Source: a virus
Taxonomy: Duplodnaviria > Caudoviricetes
Length of the DNA: 64,000 nucleotides
Direction: 5' to 3' (one strand)
IMG/VR virus record: IMGVR_UViG_3300020148_000032
The first letter of the stretch is position 1; every line of letters begins with the position of its first letter. The notes under the pieces were generated by a model. It was not told where the DNA came from. It was given only the letters and a program-made list of their open reading frames with translations, and ran no database searches. The position numbers and the translations under genes are program-made. This document shows positions 26,877 to 36,646 of this stretch, one piece after another.

Positions 26877-28026
26877 CTACTGCTCGTTGTCCGTTGTAAC
26901 TTGTATAATCAACCTTGTGATGCACACGATTGTACGTCACAGTGATCTTAGCGTAGTTCGGTTGTGCTCGGGCGAGTACTTTACCTTTGTCGAGAGTACC
27001 GAACTTCTTATAAACTTCAGTCAATCCACCGCCTGTTTGGGTCGCTTCACTGTTGTAAGAGATCCCCTCGAAGAGCATGTTAATGAGTCCGTGTTTTGAT
27101 AACTCTAGCGAGGTAATCACATCGTTATTATGTTGTCCAAGGTGATTTATTTGAGTCTTTGTAGAGCTTAAGTAATAAGAGTAAACCCTTGTCCCTAATT
27201 TCCACATGACTGGAAGACTGAAAACAATACCGAATTTTTCCAGCCCTATGAATCCTGGGTTGCGTATTTTTACGGCAAGGTTTTCAATAGAGTTCATGAA
27301 ATCTTTATAGTCAAAGCCGTATTCTTCTTTAATATCTGAACATCTGTAGTAATCAAACTTGTTGTAGATTTCACCTGGAGCCATTGTTTCGCTACCTTTT
27401 TTGGCTTTCATGGCTAAACCTATAAAATCATCGTCAAGTGTCCAGTAGTGACTTTCTCCGATACTTCGCGAGAATGCGAGTAAAAAGTTGTAAATACCTG
27501 CTGTACCATGCATGTAATCGGGTGATTTTATTGAAGATACTAAATCAATCATTGTTTCATCTCTGAATGATGGATCTCTTACGATAATATGTTTTGGGTC
27601 GTGGTATTGCTTGTATTTTGCGTATTGTGTTGGGTCTACTGCTATGTAGTAATTTTTGACACCGAATCTCTCAAGTACTTTTACTGTTTTAGTGTCTTGA
27701 TACCTCTCATAGGAGGGGATATAAATGTTGAACTTCATTCCGTATTTTTCTTCGAAACCTGTCATGCAAGAGGGTTCGAATGTTGGGGGAATGTAAGCAG
27801 TCTTTTCGACAAGCTCACCATTAAGGTTCCTGAAGAATACTGGAAAGGGAATATGTCCGTCGGCGATGATTTCTTTTAGAGCCTCAGCCTCTTTAAAGTA
27901 TTCTTTCTTGTTCGTTTCAATGACTTCTTCATCGCTGTAGTGTTTGACATTTTCTTTAAGGGTAACTGAACCGTATTCGTTTATTGTGTAGAATTCGGTT
28001 TCTTTTGGTTCTTTTTTCTGAATCAT
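26848..28026 (-). CDS. TAGT-type (TET/JBP-associated, GREB1-like) GT-A glycosyltransferase, probable DNA base glycosylase-transferase
   Basis: IYIPSYER, GTAGIYNF, HYWTLDDD, HNNDVITSL, TQTGGGLT..Y..GTLDK and RVHHKVDY match the family pattern. Confidence 0.75.
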   Translation of the reverse strand: MIQKKEPKETEFYTINEYGSVTLKENVKHYSDEEVIETNKKEYFKEAEALKEIIADGHIPFPVFFRNLNGELVEKTAYIPPTFEPSCMTGFEEKYGMKFNIYIPSYERYQDTKTVKVLERFGVKNYYIAVDPTQYAKYKQYHDPKHIIVRDPSFRDETMIDLVSSIKSPDYMHGTAGIYNFLLAFSRSIGESHYWTLDDDFIGLAMKAKKGSETMAPGEIYNKFDYYRCSDIKEEYGFDYKDFMNSIENLAVKIRNPGFIGLEKFGIVFSLPVMWKLGTRVYSYYLSSTKTQINHLGQHNNDVITSLELSKHGLINMLFEGISYNSEATQTGGGLTEVYKKFGTLDKGKVLARAQPNYAKITVTYNRVHHKVDYTSYNGQRAVGAPIEESND

Positions 28027-28027
28027 A

Positions 28028-29281
28028 TTATCCCTCTAGATAGTCATTGTAGAGCTTGTGTGTGTCAATGTATTCGAGAGCCCATTCTTGTGGATCCTCA
28101 CCGGCAGGAATTTCTACACTTTCGTTAGTGAGAATGTTGATGAATTCTGCTGTACCGTTTTCGATATCAACTTTTAACATTTCTTCAAGAGCAGTTTCAA
28201 TTGCTCGTTGTTTTTTAATGTCTGCAACTTTTGCTTGTGTTGTACGGCGAGATTTCTGAGTACCATAATATTCATCTGGGTCTACGCCAAGAGTTTTGAT
28301 TCTGTGCTCATCATAATTATTTGTGATGATTTCGGCTCGTTCTTTCATTTCTTCAACATTTTTTGCAATTTCTTCCTTTGCGTCATATGTTTTGACAAAA
28401 TCTTCAGGGTTTGGTTGCATGTCAAAGAGAGAGAACATGTCTGCAGTCTTTCGTGGGCTCTTTTGAGCGGCGATTGCTTTTTTGCGTTCTTCCTCCTCTT
28501 TAATCTCTCGTGTTCTGTCAGCAGCCCATTCGGCAAGAGGTTTACTTTGAACGTATTCGCTCATTTGTGCGTTGTCAGAGTCAAGTCGGTAGTCAAGTAT
28601 TGTGTTACCGAAGTATGATACTGGGAGTATGTTATTACCGTAGAAACCGAGTGGTTCAAGTACTGGTCCAAGAGCTGGAATGTTGTCTACGTATTCATCA
28701 ACGTCAGAGTAAATCCATCGTTGGAATTCCTCCGAGCGGTTAATAACTAATCTTAGGAAGTCAGCTTTTTTGTTGCTGTCGTCTATCATAACTACCATGA
28801 TTGTATCTGAACCGTATCGTTTAGCAACTTCGTATCGTAAGTTACCGTCAATGATTTCATAACGACTGTTGATAAGGATCGGGTGAATGTATCCAGCGAC
28901 TTCGACTGCAGCTCTCACTTTTTCTACAGTATCAAAATTCATCCTCTTGTATTTGTTATTTGGAGTGATCTTTCGAAGTTCCATCGGTCCAAAATAGAGT
29001 ACATTGACATGGTCTGAGTCTTCATCAATGGTTGTTGACTCTACCTCATTATTGTGGTCAATGATGGAAAGTTTTGGCATGGTAAGTGAAATGTTAACGG
29101 TGACCGTTATACCTTTGAATGCGAACCAGCTTTCGATATATTCACTTACGTTTCTAATCTCTGTGTGGAGTTTTCCAGTGACGATATACCCAGCTTTATC
29201 TTTAATGATGTTGAGTACACCGTCAATGTTTTTATCTTCTTTTTGAAGATCTTGCAATAATTCTTTTTTTAAATTTTCCAT
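28028..29281 (-). CDS. ParB/Srx N-terminal domain protein of the modification operon
   Basis: GYIHPILINSRYEIIDGNLRYEVA; directly upstream of the TAGT gene. Confidence 0.75.
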   Translation of the reverse strand: MENLKKELLQDLQKEDKNIDGVLNIIKDKAGYIVTGKLHTEIRNVSEYIESWFAFKGITVTVNISLTMPKLSIIDHNNEVESTTIDEDSDHVNVLYFGPMELRKITPNNKYKRMNFDTVEKVRAAVEVAGYIHPILINSRYEIIDGNLRYEVAKRYGSDTIMVVMIDDSNKKADFLRLVINRSEEFQRWIYSDVDEYVDNIPALGPVLEPLGFYGNNILPVSYFGNTILDYRLDSDNAQMSEYVQSKPLAEWAADRTREIKEEEERKKAIAAQKSPRKTADMFSLFDMQPNPEDFVKTYDAKEEIAKNVEEMKERAEIITNNYDEHRIKTLGVDPDEYYGTQKSRRTTQAKVADIKKQRAIETALEEMLKVDIENGTAEFINILTNESVEIPAGEDPQEWALEYIDTHKLYNDYLEG

Positions 29282-29289
29282 TGTTGTCC

Positions 29290-30153
29290 TTATGAGAGAG
29301 TTTCTGGTAAGTCACAAATCGGGTGAGCGGTAAGTGTAAAACCCGGTAGGAAGTTTTTCCCTTCAGGTATTTCTACTATTTTACCAAAGAGTGGGAATTC
29401 TAGAGCACCTTTTTTGTAATGAGAGACTAGAGCTTCGGCAAGTTCGCTCAGGGTAATAGTATTCACTGGGTGAAACAACTCATATGTTCTTGTGCTTCCT
29501 AGTTCGAGAGTAGCAGCGAGTTCTGAGGCTTTAAGCAGCCCTCTTATTACGTCTCGTACATGTAATAGGTTAATCTTCTGATCCGCTGGTGAATTAAAAC
29601 TAAAGGTGTCTCCATTTTTAAGAGTGTTAGAAGCAAGATTGTGTACTTTTACTCGCCAGTCATTCGGGCCGTAAGTGTCTGGAAGAGTGAGGAAGACAGA
29701 TCGCACTTTAAAAGATGCAGCAAGAACTTCAACAGCTTTTTTAGTGGCCGCGTAAACTGTTGCTGGATGATATTCTCCGTTTTTGTCATATGCGGAGAAT
29801 GTTGAGGTAGAAACGAAAGTCGCTTGGGGGTTTCGCTCTGAAAGTTTTTGAAGTAAGTGAGTGCTGTAAATAATGTTACTTTCAACGAGTTTGTTAACAG
29901 TATCAGAATCGTCCCTAGTGTTATAGAGGGCAGCGAGGTGGAAAACTGCATCAATGTTCTCTACCACTGAGTCTAAACTCTCCGCAGTGCCGTCATAATA
30001 ATATGAGGTCACTTGATCAAGTATTTCATTTTTAACATGATGTGGGTAACTTCCAGCCCTGTAGAGAACGCTTACTTCGTGACCTTTTTTAAGTAGTTCT
30101 TCAACAAGTTGTGAACCAATGTAACCATTACCGCCGGTGACAAGATATTTCAT
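29290..30153 (-). CDS. NAD(P)-dependent NDP-sugar reductase/epimerase (extended SDR)
   Basis: VTGGNGYIG, VFHLAA, STST, YAATK, TYGP. Confidence 0.85.
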   Translation of the reverse strand: MKYLVTGGNGYIGSQLVEELLKKGHEVSVLYRAGSYPHHVKNEILDQVTSYYYDGTAESLDSVVENIDAVFHLAALYNTRDDSDTVNKLVESNIIYSTHLLQKLSERNPQATFVSTSTFSAYDKNGEYHPATVYAATKKAVEVLAASFKVRSVFLTLPDTYGPNDWRVKVHNLASNTLKNGDTFSFNSPADQKINLLHVRDVIRGLLKASELAATLELGSTRTYELFHPVNTITLSELAEALVSHYKKGALEFPLFGKIVEIPEGKNFLPGFTLTAHPICDLPETLS

Positions 30154-30702
30154 TTAGCGACCTACTTTTCTAGCAAATTCTGAGAAACTTTCTAACTCAA
30201 GATCGCGCGGACTTAAGAGCGCTTCCTCTTTAGTGATCCCCCAATTTAAGGGTAATTCAGTGTCGAATGGGTCAATTCCAGTATCTCCACCCGGAGAGAA
30301 GTCGGCTCCAGCGAGGTACAAAACTTTAGTGTAATCCTCAAGTGCGCGATAACCTAAAGCCCATTTTCCTGGAACGTAAAGTCTTTCTTCAGTTTCGACA
30401 GTAAGATTATATTCTCTCACCTCTCCGAATTCTGGAAGAGTTTCATCACAACATAAAACCCTTACTAATAATCCCTCTTTTGGACCAGTAATAAGTTTAA
30501 TAATCTTTGGTTGTGGAACATCAGATTGAAAGTGCATTCCACGGATAGTGTTCTTGTTGTTAGTAGTCATGAAAACTTCTTTGATTTCAAAACCTGGTAC
30601 TTCTATTTTTTCTGGAGTTTTACCGAAGAATTTCCGGTGAGAACCCCTTACATCATAATGAACAGAGTTTTCTACTAGAGCGGGATAAAGTGGGAGTGTC
30701 AT
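30154..30702 (-). CDS. RmlC/RfbC-like NDP-4-keto-6-deoxyhexose epimerase (cupin)
   Basis: DVRGSH, NTIRGMHFQ, LYVPGKWALGY, GIDPFD..L.WG, LSPRD. Confidence 0.85.
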   Translation of the reverse strand: MTLPLYPALVENSVHYDVRGSHRKFFGKTPEKIEVPGFEIKEVFMTTNNKNTIRGMHFQSDVPQPKIIKLITGPKEGLLVRVLCCDETLPEFGEVREYNLTVETEERLYVPGKWALGYRALEDYTKVLYLAGADFSPGGDTGIDPFDTELPLNWGITKEEALLSPRDLELESFSEFARKVGR

Positions 30703-30759
30703 GTGAGGCCTTTCCTAGTATCGCTTTATTCTATTTTAACAAAGTTTTCCGCAAAAACT

Positions 30760-30787
30760 TTTATAGCACCCCGAAGGGTGCTATAAA
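30760..30787 (-). terminator. Hairpin terminator with UUCG loop
   Basis: tttatagcaccc-cgaa-gggtgctataaa. Confidence 0.8.
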
Positions 30788-30798
30788 TTTTGAGAGAT

Positions 30799-31350
30799 TT
30801 AGACGTAAGCCTCTGAGAGGACCTTAATTAAAGCCTCTTGAAGCCTTTCTCTACGTGGTTGAGAGTCAATATAGAAGTTTGCAATTTTTGGTTGCTTCAT
30901 TCCTGCCTCTTCTGGAGTCTTGTCCTTCTTCCTACCATTACAGTCTGAACAAGCAGTGACAAGGTTGCCCCAAGTGTTCTTACCTCCACGTGACTTTGGG
31001 AATACGTGATCTATTGTGTCACCGTATTCTCCACAGTATTGACAAGTGTAGTTATCCCTCTTGTGAATGATGTTCTTCGCAACATCAGTCTCATTAGTGA
31101 CATACTTCTTTTGAGGTCCAGAAACTCGACCGACATACCTGTTAAGGCAAACCACGAGTGGGCGAGGAATGTTCACTTTTTGGCTTCTGATGAGAGAACC
31201 GTCTGAACGAGGAATAAGAGTGTAGGCCTTATTAGTCATTAAGAGCGTAACAGCATCTGTCCATTCAACTGTCCCGTTGACTTGCATTGCAGAGTCAACG
31301 ATAAGAACAGTGTTTTCGTGTATTTCCTTTTCAAGTATTTCGGTAGTCAT
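30799..31350 (-). CDS. HNH endonuclease (McrA-like)
   Basis: RDNYTCQYCG..TIDHVFPKSRGGKNTWGNLVTACSDCNGRK. Confidence 0.92.
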   Translation of the reverse strand: MTTEILEKEIHENTVLIVDSAMQVNGTVEWTDAVTLLMTNKAYTLIPRSDGSLIRSQKVNIPRPLVVCLNRYVGRVSGPQKKYVTNETDVAKNIIHKRDNYTCQYCGEYGDTIDHVFPKSRGGKNTWGNLVTACSDCNGRKKDKTPEEAGMKQPKIANFYIDSQPRRERLQEALIKVLSEAYV

Positions 31351-31430
31351 TTCTTTTTTCTCTTTTCGATTGTGTCCCCTTTCGAGGGTCTTTTCCCTAT
31401 ATGTATATGATAAATCCAGAAGTTATTATC

Positions 31431-32891
31431 TTATATGTTTTCTTCATTTTTGTCAAATCCTCTCGACGCTATAGTATTCATAATGTTTGAAGCATCGTAA
31501 TTCTCGATATCTTCATTATTTAACCTTGCACGCATTGTTTTAAATATAATGTCTCTTTCCAATGCGCCCAAGTCTTTAGGTAAACCAAGAACGAAGTCTT
31601 TCATGACTTGTTTTTTATCACCTGAAAGTTTTTCCTGAGGTATTGCTTTCACATAATTAATACCTTTTTCAAGATCTTTAGCTACAGGAAGTACAAGATC
31701 ATTGAATCTTTTCTCTCGCAATTCTTGAAGATCTTTGAATTCTTTTAACTCTTCCACAAAGATAGTATCTTTAATAGAAGGTATGTTGTAAAGATTTCCA
31801 GTTCTTGAGCTTTCAATAAGATCTTTATATGTCACTTTAGTTTCCCTTACAGTATCCCTTACATTCTTCATGCTGAAGTTAGTCATGAGTTTGTGTAACT
31901 TAAGATAATCATCTTGCTTGATCTTAATTTGGAATTGCTTTTCTGGAGTGTCACTAAGAATTCTTACAACGACACCTTCTCTACCCTTGCGATGAGGGAG
32001 GTTGAAGGCTTCAGTAACTGATTGTGCTGGCATTGATTCGGCAACAGTGAATCCTTTATCCGCCCATTCTTCTTTAAAGTCTTGCGTGCTGTAATAAAGA
32101 CCATCGCTCTTTCGTACTGAACCTAAGAAAGCAGTATCATCTTCATCATATTGAAGTACGATTCTATTATCCTTGCCCACAAGTTCAAACAAGAATGTCT
32201 TGTCAGGGTGATTCTGAATAAGGTTACTAATTGCATCTAATCGTGCTTCATCTTTACGCAACATATTAGTGTAATAAAGAGCTTGATCGGAAGCAAAGCT
32301 TGCCTTTGTTGAGAATGCTGGAAGACCGTCTGGTGCAACATAAAGAATACCTAAGCTACCATCCATCTTGTCAGTGACTTCAGCTTTAGCATTAAAGTCA
32401 AGAGTTGAAATATCTGCCTCAGCCGAAACAGTGTTCTCTTCATCACCTAACGCCCAACCTGATTCAAGTTGACTAAGAGTGAAGAATTTACGCCATGGAC
32501 GTTGTTCAATAATTGCATCATTCATTGAATTATCACTGTAACGAATTATTAAACCTCTTGCTTGTTTAGTGACTTCATTCCAAAGCCCAGCGTATTGAGC
32601 ATTCCTTGTATAGCACAAAATGTGAAGGTCTGGATCTTCAGGGTGATTGTTGTCATAAACATATCCCTCTCTTACCATTTTCTTTAACAAGTCTAAATCA
32701 AAGGCCTGCTCTAGAGGGTAATCGTTTTTGATGGAGGTTATTGTTCTTCCAGTCATAACTCTTTCGAAATCTTTTTGAGCCAAGTCTTTTGAAGAGTAAT
32801 GATCCTCAATTGGTAACCCAAATGGGCATGACTTTCTTGCCTGGCATATCCCAGGTTCTCCGGTTTCAGGATTTAAATGGTATCGAGTCAT
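31431..32891 (-). CDS. HCCH-leader protein 1: T4 Rnl1-like RNA ligase cargo
   Basis: Leader YHLNPETGEPGICQARKSCPFG..DHYSS; ligase motifs ARGLI, RPWRKFF, DKMDGSLG, FLFELVG, EGVVV, KIKQDDY. Confidence 0.88.
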   Translation of the reverse strand: MTRYHLNPETGEPGICQARKSCPFGLPIEDHYSSKDLAQKDFERVMTGRTITSIKNDYPLEQAFDLDLLKKMVREGYVYDNNHPEDPDLHILCYTRNAQYAGLWNEVTKQARGLIIRYSDNSMNDAIIEQRPWRKFFTLSQLESGWALGDEENTVSAEADISTLDFNAKAEVTDKMDGSLGILYVAPDGLPAFSTKASFASDQALYYTNMLRKDEARLDAISNLIQNHPDKTFLFELVGKDNRIVLQYDEDDTAFLGSVRKSDGLYYSTQDFKEEWADKGFTVAESMPAQSVTEAFNLPHRKGREGVVVRILSDTPEKQFQIKIKQDDYLKLHKLMTNFSMKNVRDTVRETKVTYKDLIESSRTGNLYNIPSIKDTIFVEELKEFKDLQELREKRFNDLVLPVAKDLEKGINYVKAIPQEKLSGDKKQVMKDFVLGLPKDLGALERDIIFKTMRARLNNEDIENYDASNIMNTIASRGFDKNEENI

Positions 32892-32922
32892 GTTTTCCCC
32901 TTGATAAAGATTGTGTGTTTTG

Positions 32923-32970
32923 TTTTCTAAAAAAGGCCCAGGTGTTTTGCATCCTGAGCCTCTTTTAGAA
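32923..32970 (-). terminator. Hairpin whose arms contain the TTAGAAAA element
   Basis: ttttctaaaaaaggcccagg...cctgagcctcttttagaaaa. Confidence 0.65.
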
Positions 32971-32981
32971 AATATTAAGTT

Positions 32982-33287
32982 CTATACTGGCCTGTATGCA
33001 TCATTATTTGAAGCCTCTGGTGTGGTAGGATCTTCAAACATGATATAGGACTGATCATCAATTGACCATCCGTTGTTCAAAAGAGCTACAACATTTTTAT
33101 TCCCGTGGTGACCACAAAAGAGCAACTCTGAAGTTTTTTCATTACTGTCTTTAATGGCTCGTACGAGAGCTCTAGAGGCGCACGCATCACAACGATCTTT
33201 CTCTAGAAGAGCGTCAGTCTTAATGAAGAGCTCTCTGTTAAGAGAGTCATGCTTAAGAAGACTTTTCTCTTTAGCTAGTGTATTCAT
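32982..33287 (-). CDS. Small Zn-finger-like protein of a conserved actinobacterial family
   Basis: DRCDACASRALVR...ELLFCGHH. Confidence 0.7.
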   Translation of the reverse strand: MNTLAKEKSLLKHDSLNRELFIKTDALLEKDRCDACASRALVRAIKDSNEKTSELLFCGHHGNKNVVALLNNGWSIDDQSYIMFEDPTTPEASNNDAYRPV

Positions 33288-33335
33288 TGTTCTCCCAATC
33301 TTTAGAGTAAATGCATAATGTATAATATCAAAATT

Positions 33336-34775
33336 TTAAACAGTAAGTCTGAAATCCTTTAAATCATAAACCATGTCAGGTGAGCCCACTGCTTTATATA
33401 GCAATCGCTGAATAATTTGCGTGTCTCCAGGCTTGATTCCCATCCAGAACCAATTCTTCCTCATCATTTCATAGTCTTCATGAGAAGTTCCGTAGTTAAA
33501 GTATGTTTCACCATCAGTGATAACAAGAACATAAGACTTAGTCTTGTTCTCCCGGTCGTAAGTCTTAACGTACTGAAGAACGTTATCGATGTTAGTTCCA
33601 AAGCGACCAGCGATCCTCTTAAGAGTAGGGTCAAAAGGAACAACAGTATCAGACCACGTAATAGCATGAGGGATAATGTACTTGTCAGGAATGTTCATAG
33701 CAATGCTCGAAAGCTCTTCAATCGCATAACGCGGGATTGAGCCACTTACATCAAGTGCAAGAATAAGGTGAGGCGTAGTATCACCCTTACCAATCGGGTT
33801 CGGATTCTCACGGAAAGTAGGGAGAACAATTTCTGGGTAAGAATTTGCCATCTTCCGGCGAGGAGAATGCCACGACTCAACATACTTGCGCTTTCCAATA
33901 GACTTGATCTTCGGGTTAATCTTAGCAAGTAGATCATCCCACTCAAGAGTCACTGCAGTGTGGTTATTGCTGAAGACTGAACTCTTGTTAGGGTTAATGT
34001 TGATAGACACACCATTCGAACCCTTGACAGAATAATCATCGTTCTGTGCAAGAGCATCAAGGATGTCTTCAATAGCTTCAGTCATATCATCATTGTCAAT
34101 GTTTTCTGCAGCTTTATTGACAAGAACCGAAACAAGGTCCTTAAAATCTTGCAAGTTCTCTGAATCAACTCCAGTGACACCTCCGCAAGACTCAAAAATA
34201 GGCAATTCCTGCTGTTGAGAGCCAGAATCGCTAGAACCGTGACCTTCGGAAGAATCATTAGATTCGGAACCTTCTCCAGAGTCAGAACCTGATTCGGAGT
34301 CGTTAGGCATTTCAAGCTTGTCTTCAGTCTGGTCCTTAAGAGACATGATGTAATCATATGCCTGCTTTGTAGAAAAGACTGAGAAGTCAGCGCCATAAAG
34401 TGAAAGACCTGACATTCCACCTTCGGGAAGGTCAAGACCAGTGTTACCGAAGAGACCATCGTTGATAATGCACTCGTGAGCGTGAGTCAGAACCTGAGAA
34501 TCAGGATAGCTTACTCTGTCAGCAGCTTCCGAAAGGTGGTTAAGAACAATGTGATACGTCTCGTGAGCAAAAACAGCGCCAAGCTCGATATCAGACAACT
34601 TCTCAGCAAAATGAGGATTCACTTCGAAATAAATCTTCTTCTCATTGTGAACATATTTTACCTGAGCAGTAGGGATATTCTCGTTTTCAATAGGCTGACC
34701 GATTGATCGCGTTAAGGCGAAGAATGAAGGGCTGATAAAGGCGATTGCCTCTAGTCCGCGCTTGAAGTCATTCAT
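33336..34775 (-). CDS. DUF2201-type HExxH + VWA protein (MoxR partner 2)
   Basis: AHETYHIV, ECIIND, Ser-rich linker, DVSGS, FGT, VITDG. Confidence 0.83.
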   Translation of the reverse strand: MNDFKRGLEAIAFISPSFFALTRSIGQPIENENIPTAQVKYVHNEKKIYFEVNPHFAEKLSDIELGAVFAHETYHIVLNHLSEAADRVSYPDSQVLTHAHECIINDGLFGNTGLDLPEGGMSGLSLYGADFSVFSTKQAYDYIMSLKDQTEDKLEMPNDSESGSDSGEGSESNDSSEGHGSSDSGSQQQELPIFESCGGVTGVDSENLQDFKDLVSVLVNKAAENIDNDDMTEAIEDILDALAQNDDYSVKGSNGVSININPNKSSVFSNNHTAVTLEWDDLLAKINPKIKSIGKRKYVESWHSPRRKMANSYPEIVLPTFRENPNPIGKGDTTPHLILALDVSGSIPRYAIEELSSIAMNIPDKYIIPHAITWSDTVVPFDPTLKRIAGRFGTNIDNVLQYVKTYDRENKTKSYVLVITDGETYFNYGTSHEDYEMMRKNWFWMGIKPGDTQIIQRLLYKAVGSPDMVYDLKDFRLTV

Positions 34776-34821
34776 GTCTTTTACCCCTTGTTAGAATGTT
34801 TGAATTAATAGTATCACAGGT

Positions 34822-35892
34822 TTACGCGAGAGTAAAACCCTTAAGGCGCATTTCGTAACGAAGTTCACCCTTCTTGTAAGTGGTCCAACCCATCATAAGA
34901 GTGTTGACCTGTACGTCAGTGAAGTTCTGAAGGATTTCACCCCAGTTTTCAGCAATACGTGCAGGGCCAACACCCTTCGAAAGTGCATTAGCAAGAGCAG
35001 TGTTAAGTCGGTTAATCTCATCATTAGTGAGGTTCCCATCCTTGTAGATTGCTCGAAGAGCAAGGATATTCTTGCTGCTCCTAAGAAGCTCGTTGGGCAT
35101 GTTGACGAACTCGTTAACAGTTAGCCTAGACTTGCTATTCTTTGAGTTTGCGCGAACGTCAGCTGGAGTAAATGCTTCAGCGAGAAGGCGAGTCCACTGG
35201 TCGAGAGAAATAATTGCACCAGGGGTAAGAGTATCACGCAGGGTCTCCTTCTTAGGGATTGCCTGGAATGCGGATACCATCATATCCATACGACGCGGAG
35301 AAAGATAAACAGCCTTCTTAGCAACATTGTTCTTTACGGCGTTCTTATAGCTGTTGTTGTACTCTTCCCAGAGAGACTTTACGACTCGAGCCACATCGGT
35401 ACCGTACTTCTTCGAGAAGTAGCCAGCATCAATCGAAGGGGTAGAGTCGAGGAACACATCGAATCGGTCAAGAAGTGCAGGGTCGATATCATCGACAGTG
35501 TAAGAACCATCGTTAGGGTTGATAGCTGCAGCGACTGCCTTAAGGTTAGGGAGAGGCTCACCGTTAATAGTTCCAAACTGGATGATCTCGAAAAGAGTAT
35601 TCCGAGTCCTGTCATCTGCTCGGTTGAACTCGTCCATGATAACAATTTCTGCCTCATCGAGGTCACGAGGGCGGTAGAACTCTACGGTCTTGGTCTCCTT
35701 ATTAGGAACTGGGATACCCACAAGATCAGTGTAAGGGTCAAGGGTGGCGGTGGAGTAATACTTCACCTTGTACCCAAGCTGGTTTGCAGCTTCAGTAAGG
35801 ATAGCAGTCTTACCAGTACCGAGAGGGCCAGAAATGAGAATGTTGAGTCCATTGCTCATGTAGTTCTTCACGTTGTTTACATTGATAGCCAT
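34822..35892 (-). CDS. MoxR-type AAA+ ATPase 2
   Basis: GPLGTGKT, DLVGIP, IMDEFNRA, AAINP, DPALLDRF, SPRR. Confidence 0.87.
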   Translation of the reverse strand: MAINVNNVKNYMSNGLNILISGPLGTGKTAILTEAANQLGYKVKYYSTATLDPYTDLVGIPVPNKETKTVEFYRPRDLDEAEIVIMDEFNRADDRTRNTLFEIIQFGTINGEPLPNLKAVAAAINPNDGSYTVDDIDPALLDRFDVFLDSTPSIDAGYFSKKYGTDVARVVKSLWEEYNNSYKNAVKNNVAKKAVYLSPRRMDMMVSAFQAIPKKETLRDTLTPGAIISLDQWTRLLAEAFTPADVRANSKNSKSRLTVNEFVNMPNELLRSSKNILALRAIYKDGNLTNDEINRLNTALANALSKGVGPARIAENWGEILQNFTDVQVNTLMMGWTTYKKGELRYEMRLKGFTLA

Positions 35893-35931
35893 TAGAATTC
35901 CTTAACGGTTACTAAATTGTTTGACAGATCT

Positions 35932-35960
35932 ATACTACATGAAAAATTAAAATAAGTCAA
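35932..35960 (-). promoter_or_regulatory. SigA-like promoter of the MoxR-2/VWA-2 operon
   Basis: TTGACT-17 nt-TAGTAT. Confidence 0.7.
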
Positions 35961-36007
35961 CATATGAATAGTGTTCCTCTTTTTATTTTTGTGTTATTAT
36001 ATGAATA

Positions 36008-36646
36008 ATGAGGTGGAAGGATTCTCTTATGGCTTTTATTTCTCTTGAGACTTTATTGAAAGAATATAAACCTGCGTATCCAGAAAATGGAACATGGAAT
36101 GACACGATTAAAGGAATTCTCGATTCTCCCTATGATAATGAGATAGTCACTCTTCTTATGGAAGATTTACAAATGTCAGAATATTTTAGGGAACCAATTG
36201 CTCTCACTCCAGATGAAGATGTTGATGAATATGGATCTTTTGTTTGCAATGGAACGCATCGCGTAGTCGCTCATATCCTTTCCGGCTCGAAAACTGTTTT
36301 TGTTCAATACGGATTTCCAGATATTGACGAGGAGGAATCTATAGAAACCACTGAGATTCTTATTGGATTCAGTAAAAAAGATTTAGAAGAAAGATACTCT
36401 CACGATGATGCTCTTTTTGAATTATTTGACATTATTTTTACCATCTCTCGTTCTTTAAAAATCTCTGACACTCTTTGGATTGAGAGTAATTTTATGAGTG
36501 AGAACTCTGACTCTTTCTATATTTCTTATCCACGATTATCTCCAGAAGTAACTTTCGATGTAATCCGGAAGATTTATGACACTCTTGCGAAGGAAACAGA
36601 CCTTTCGTTCAGTATTTCTTCTAAAAACGAAGTTCTTGATTTTTAA
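36008..36646 (+). CDS. ParB/Srx-like domain protein
   Basis: FREPIAL...FVCNGTHRVVA. Confidence 0.55.
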   Translation: MRWKDSLMAFISLETLLKEYKPAYPENGTWNDTIKGILDSPYDNEIVTLLMEDLQMSEYFREPIALTPDEDVDEYGSFVCNGTHRVVAHILSGSKTVFVQYGFPDIDEEESIETTEILIGFSKKDLEERYSHDDALFELFDIIFTISRSLKISDTLWIESNFMSENSDSFYISYPRLSPEVTFDVIRKIYDTLAKETDLSFSISSKNEVLDF

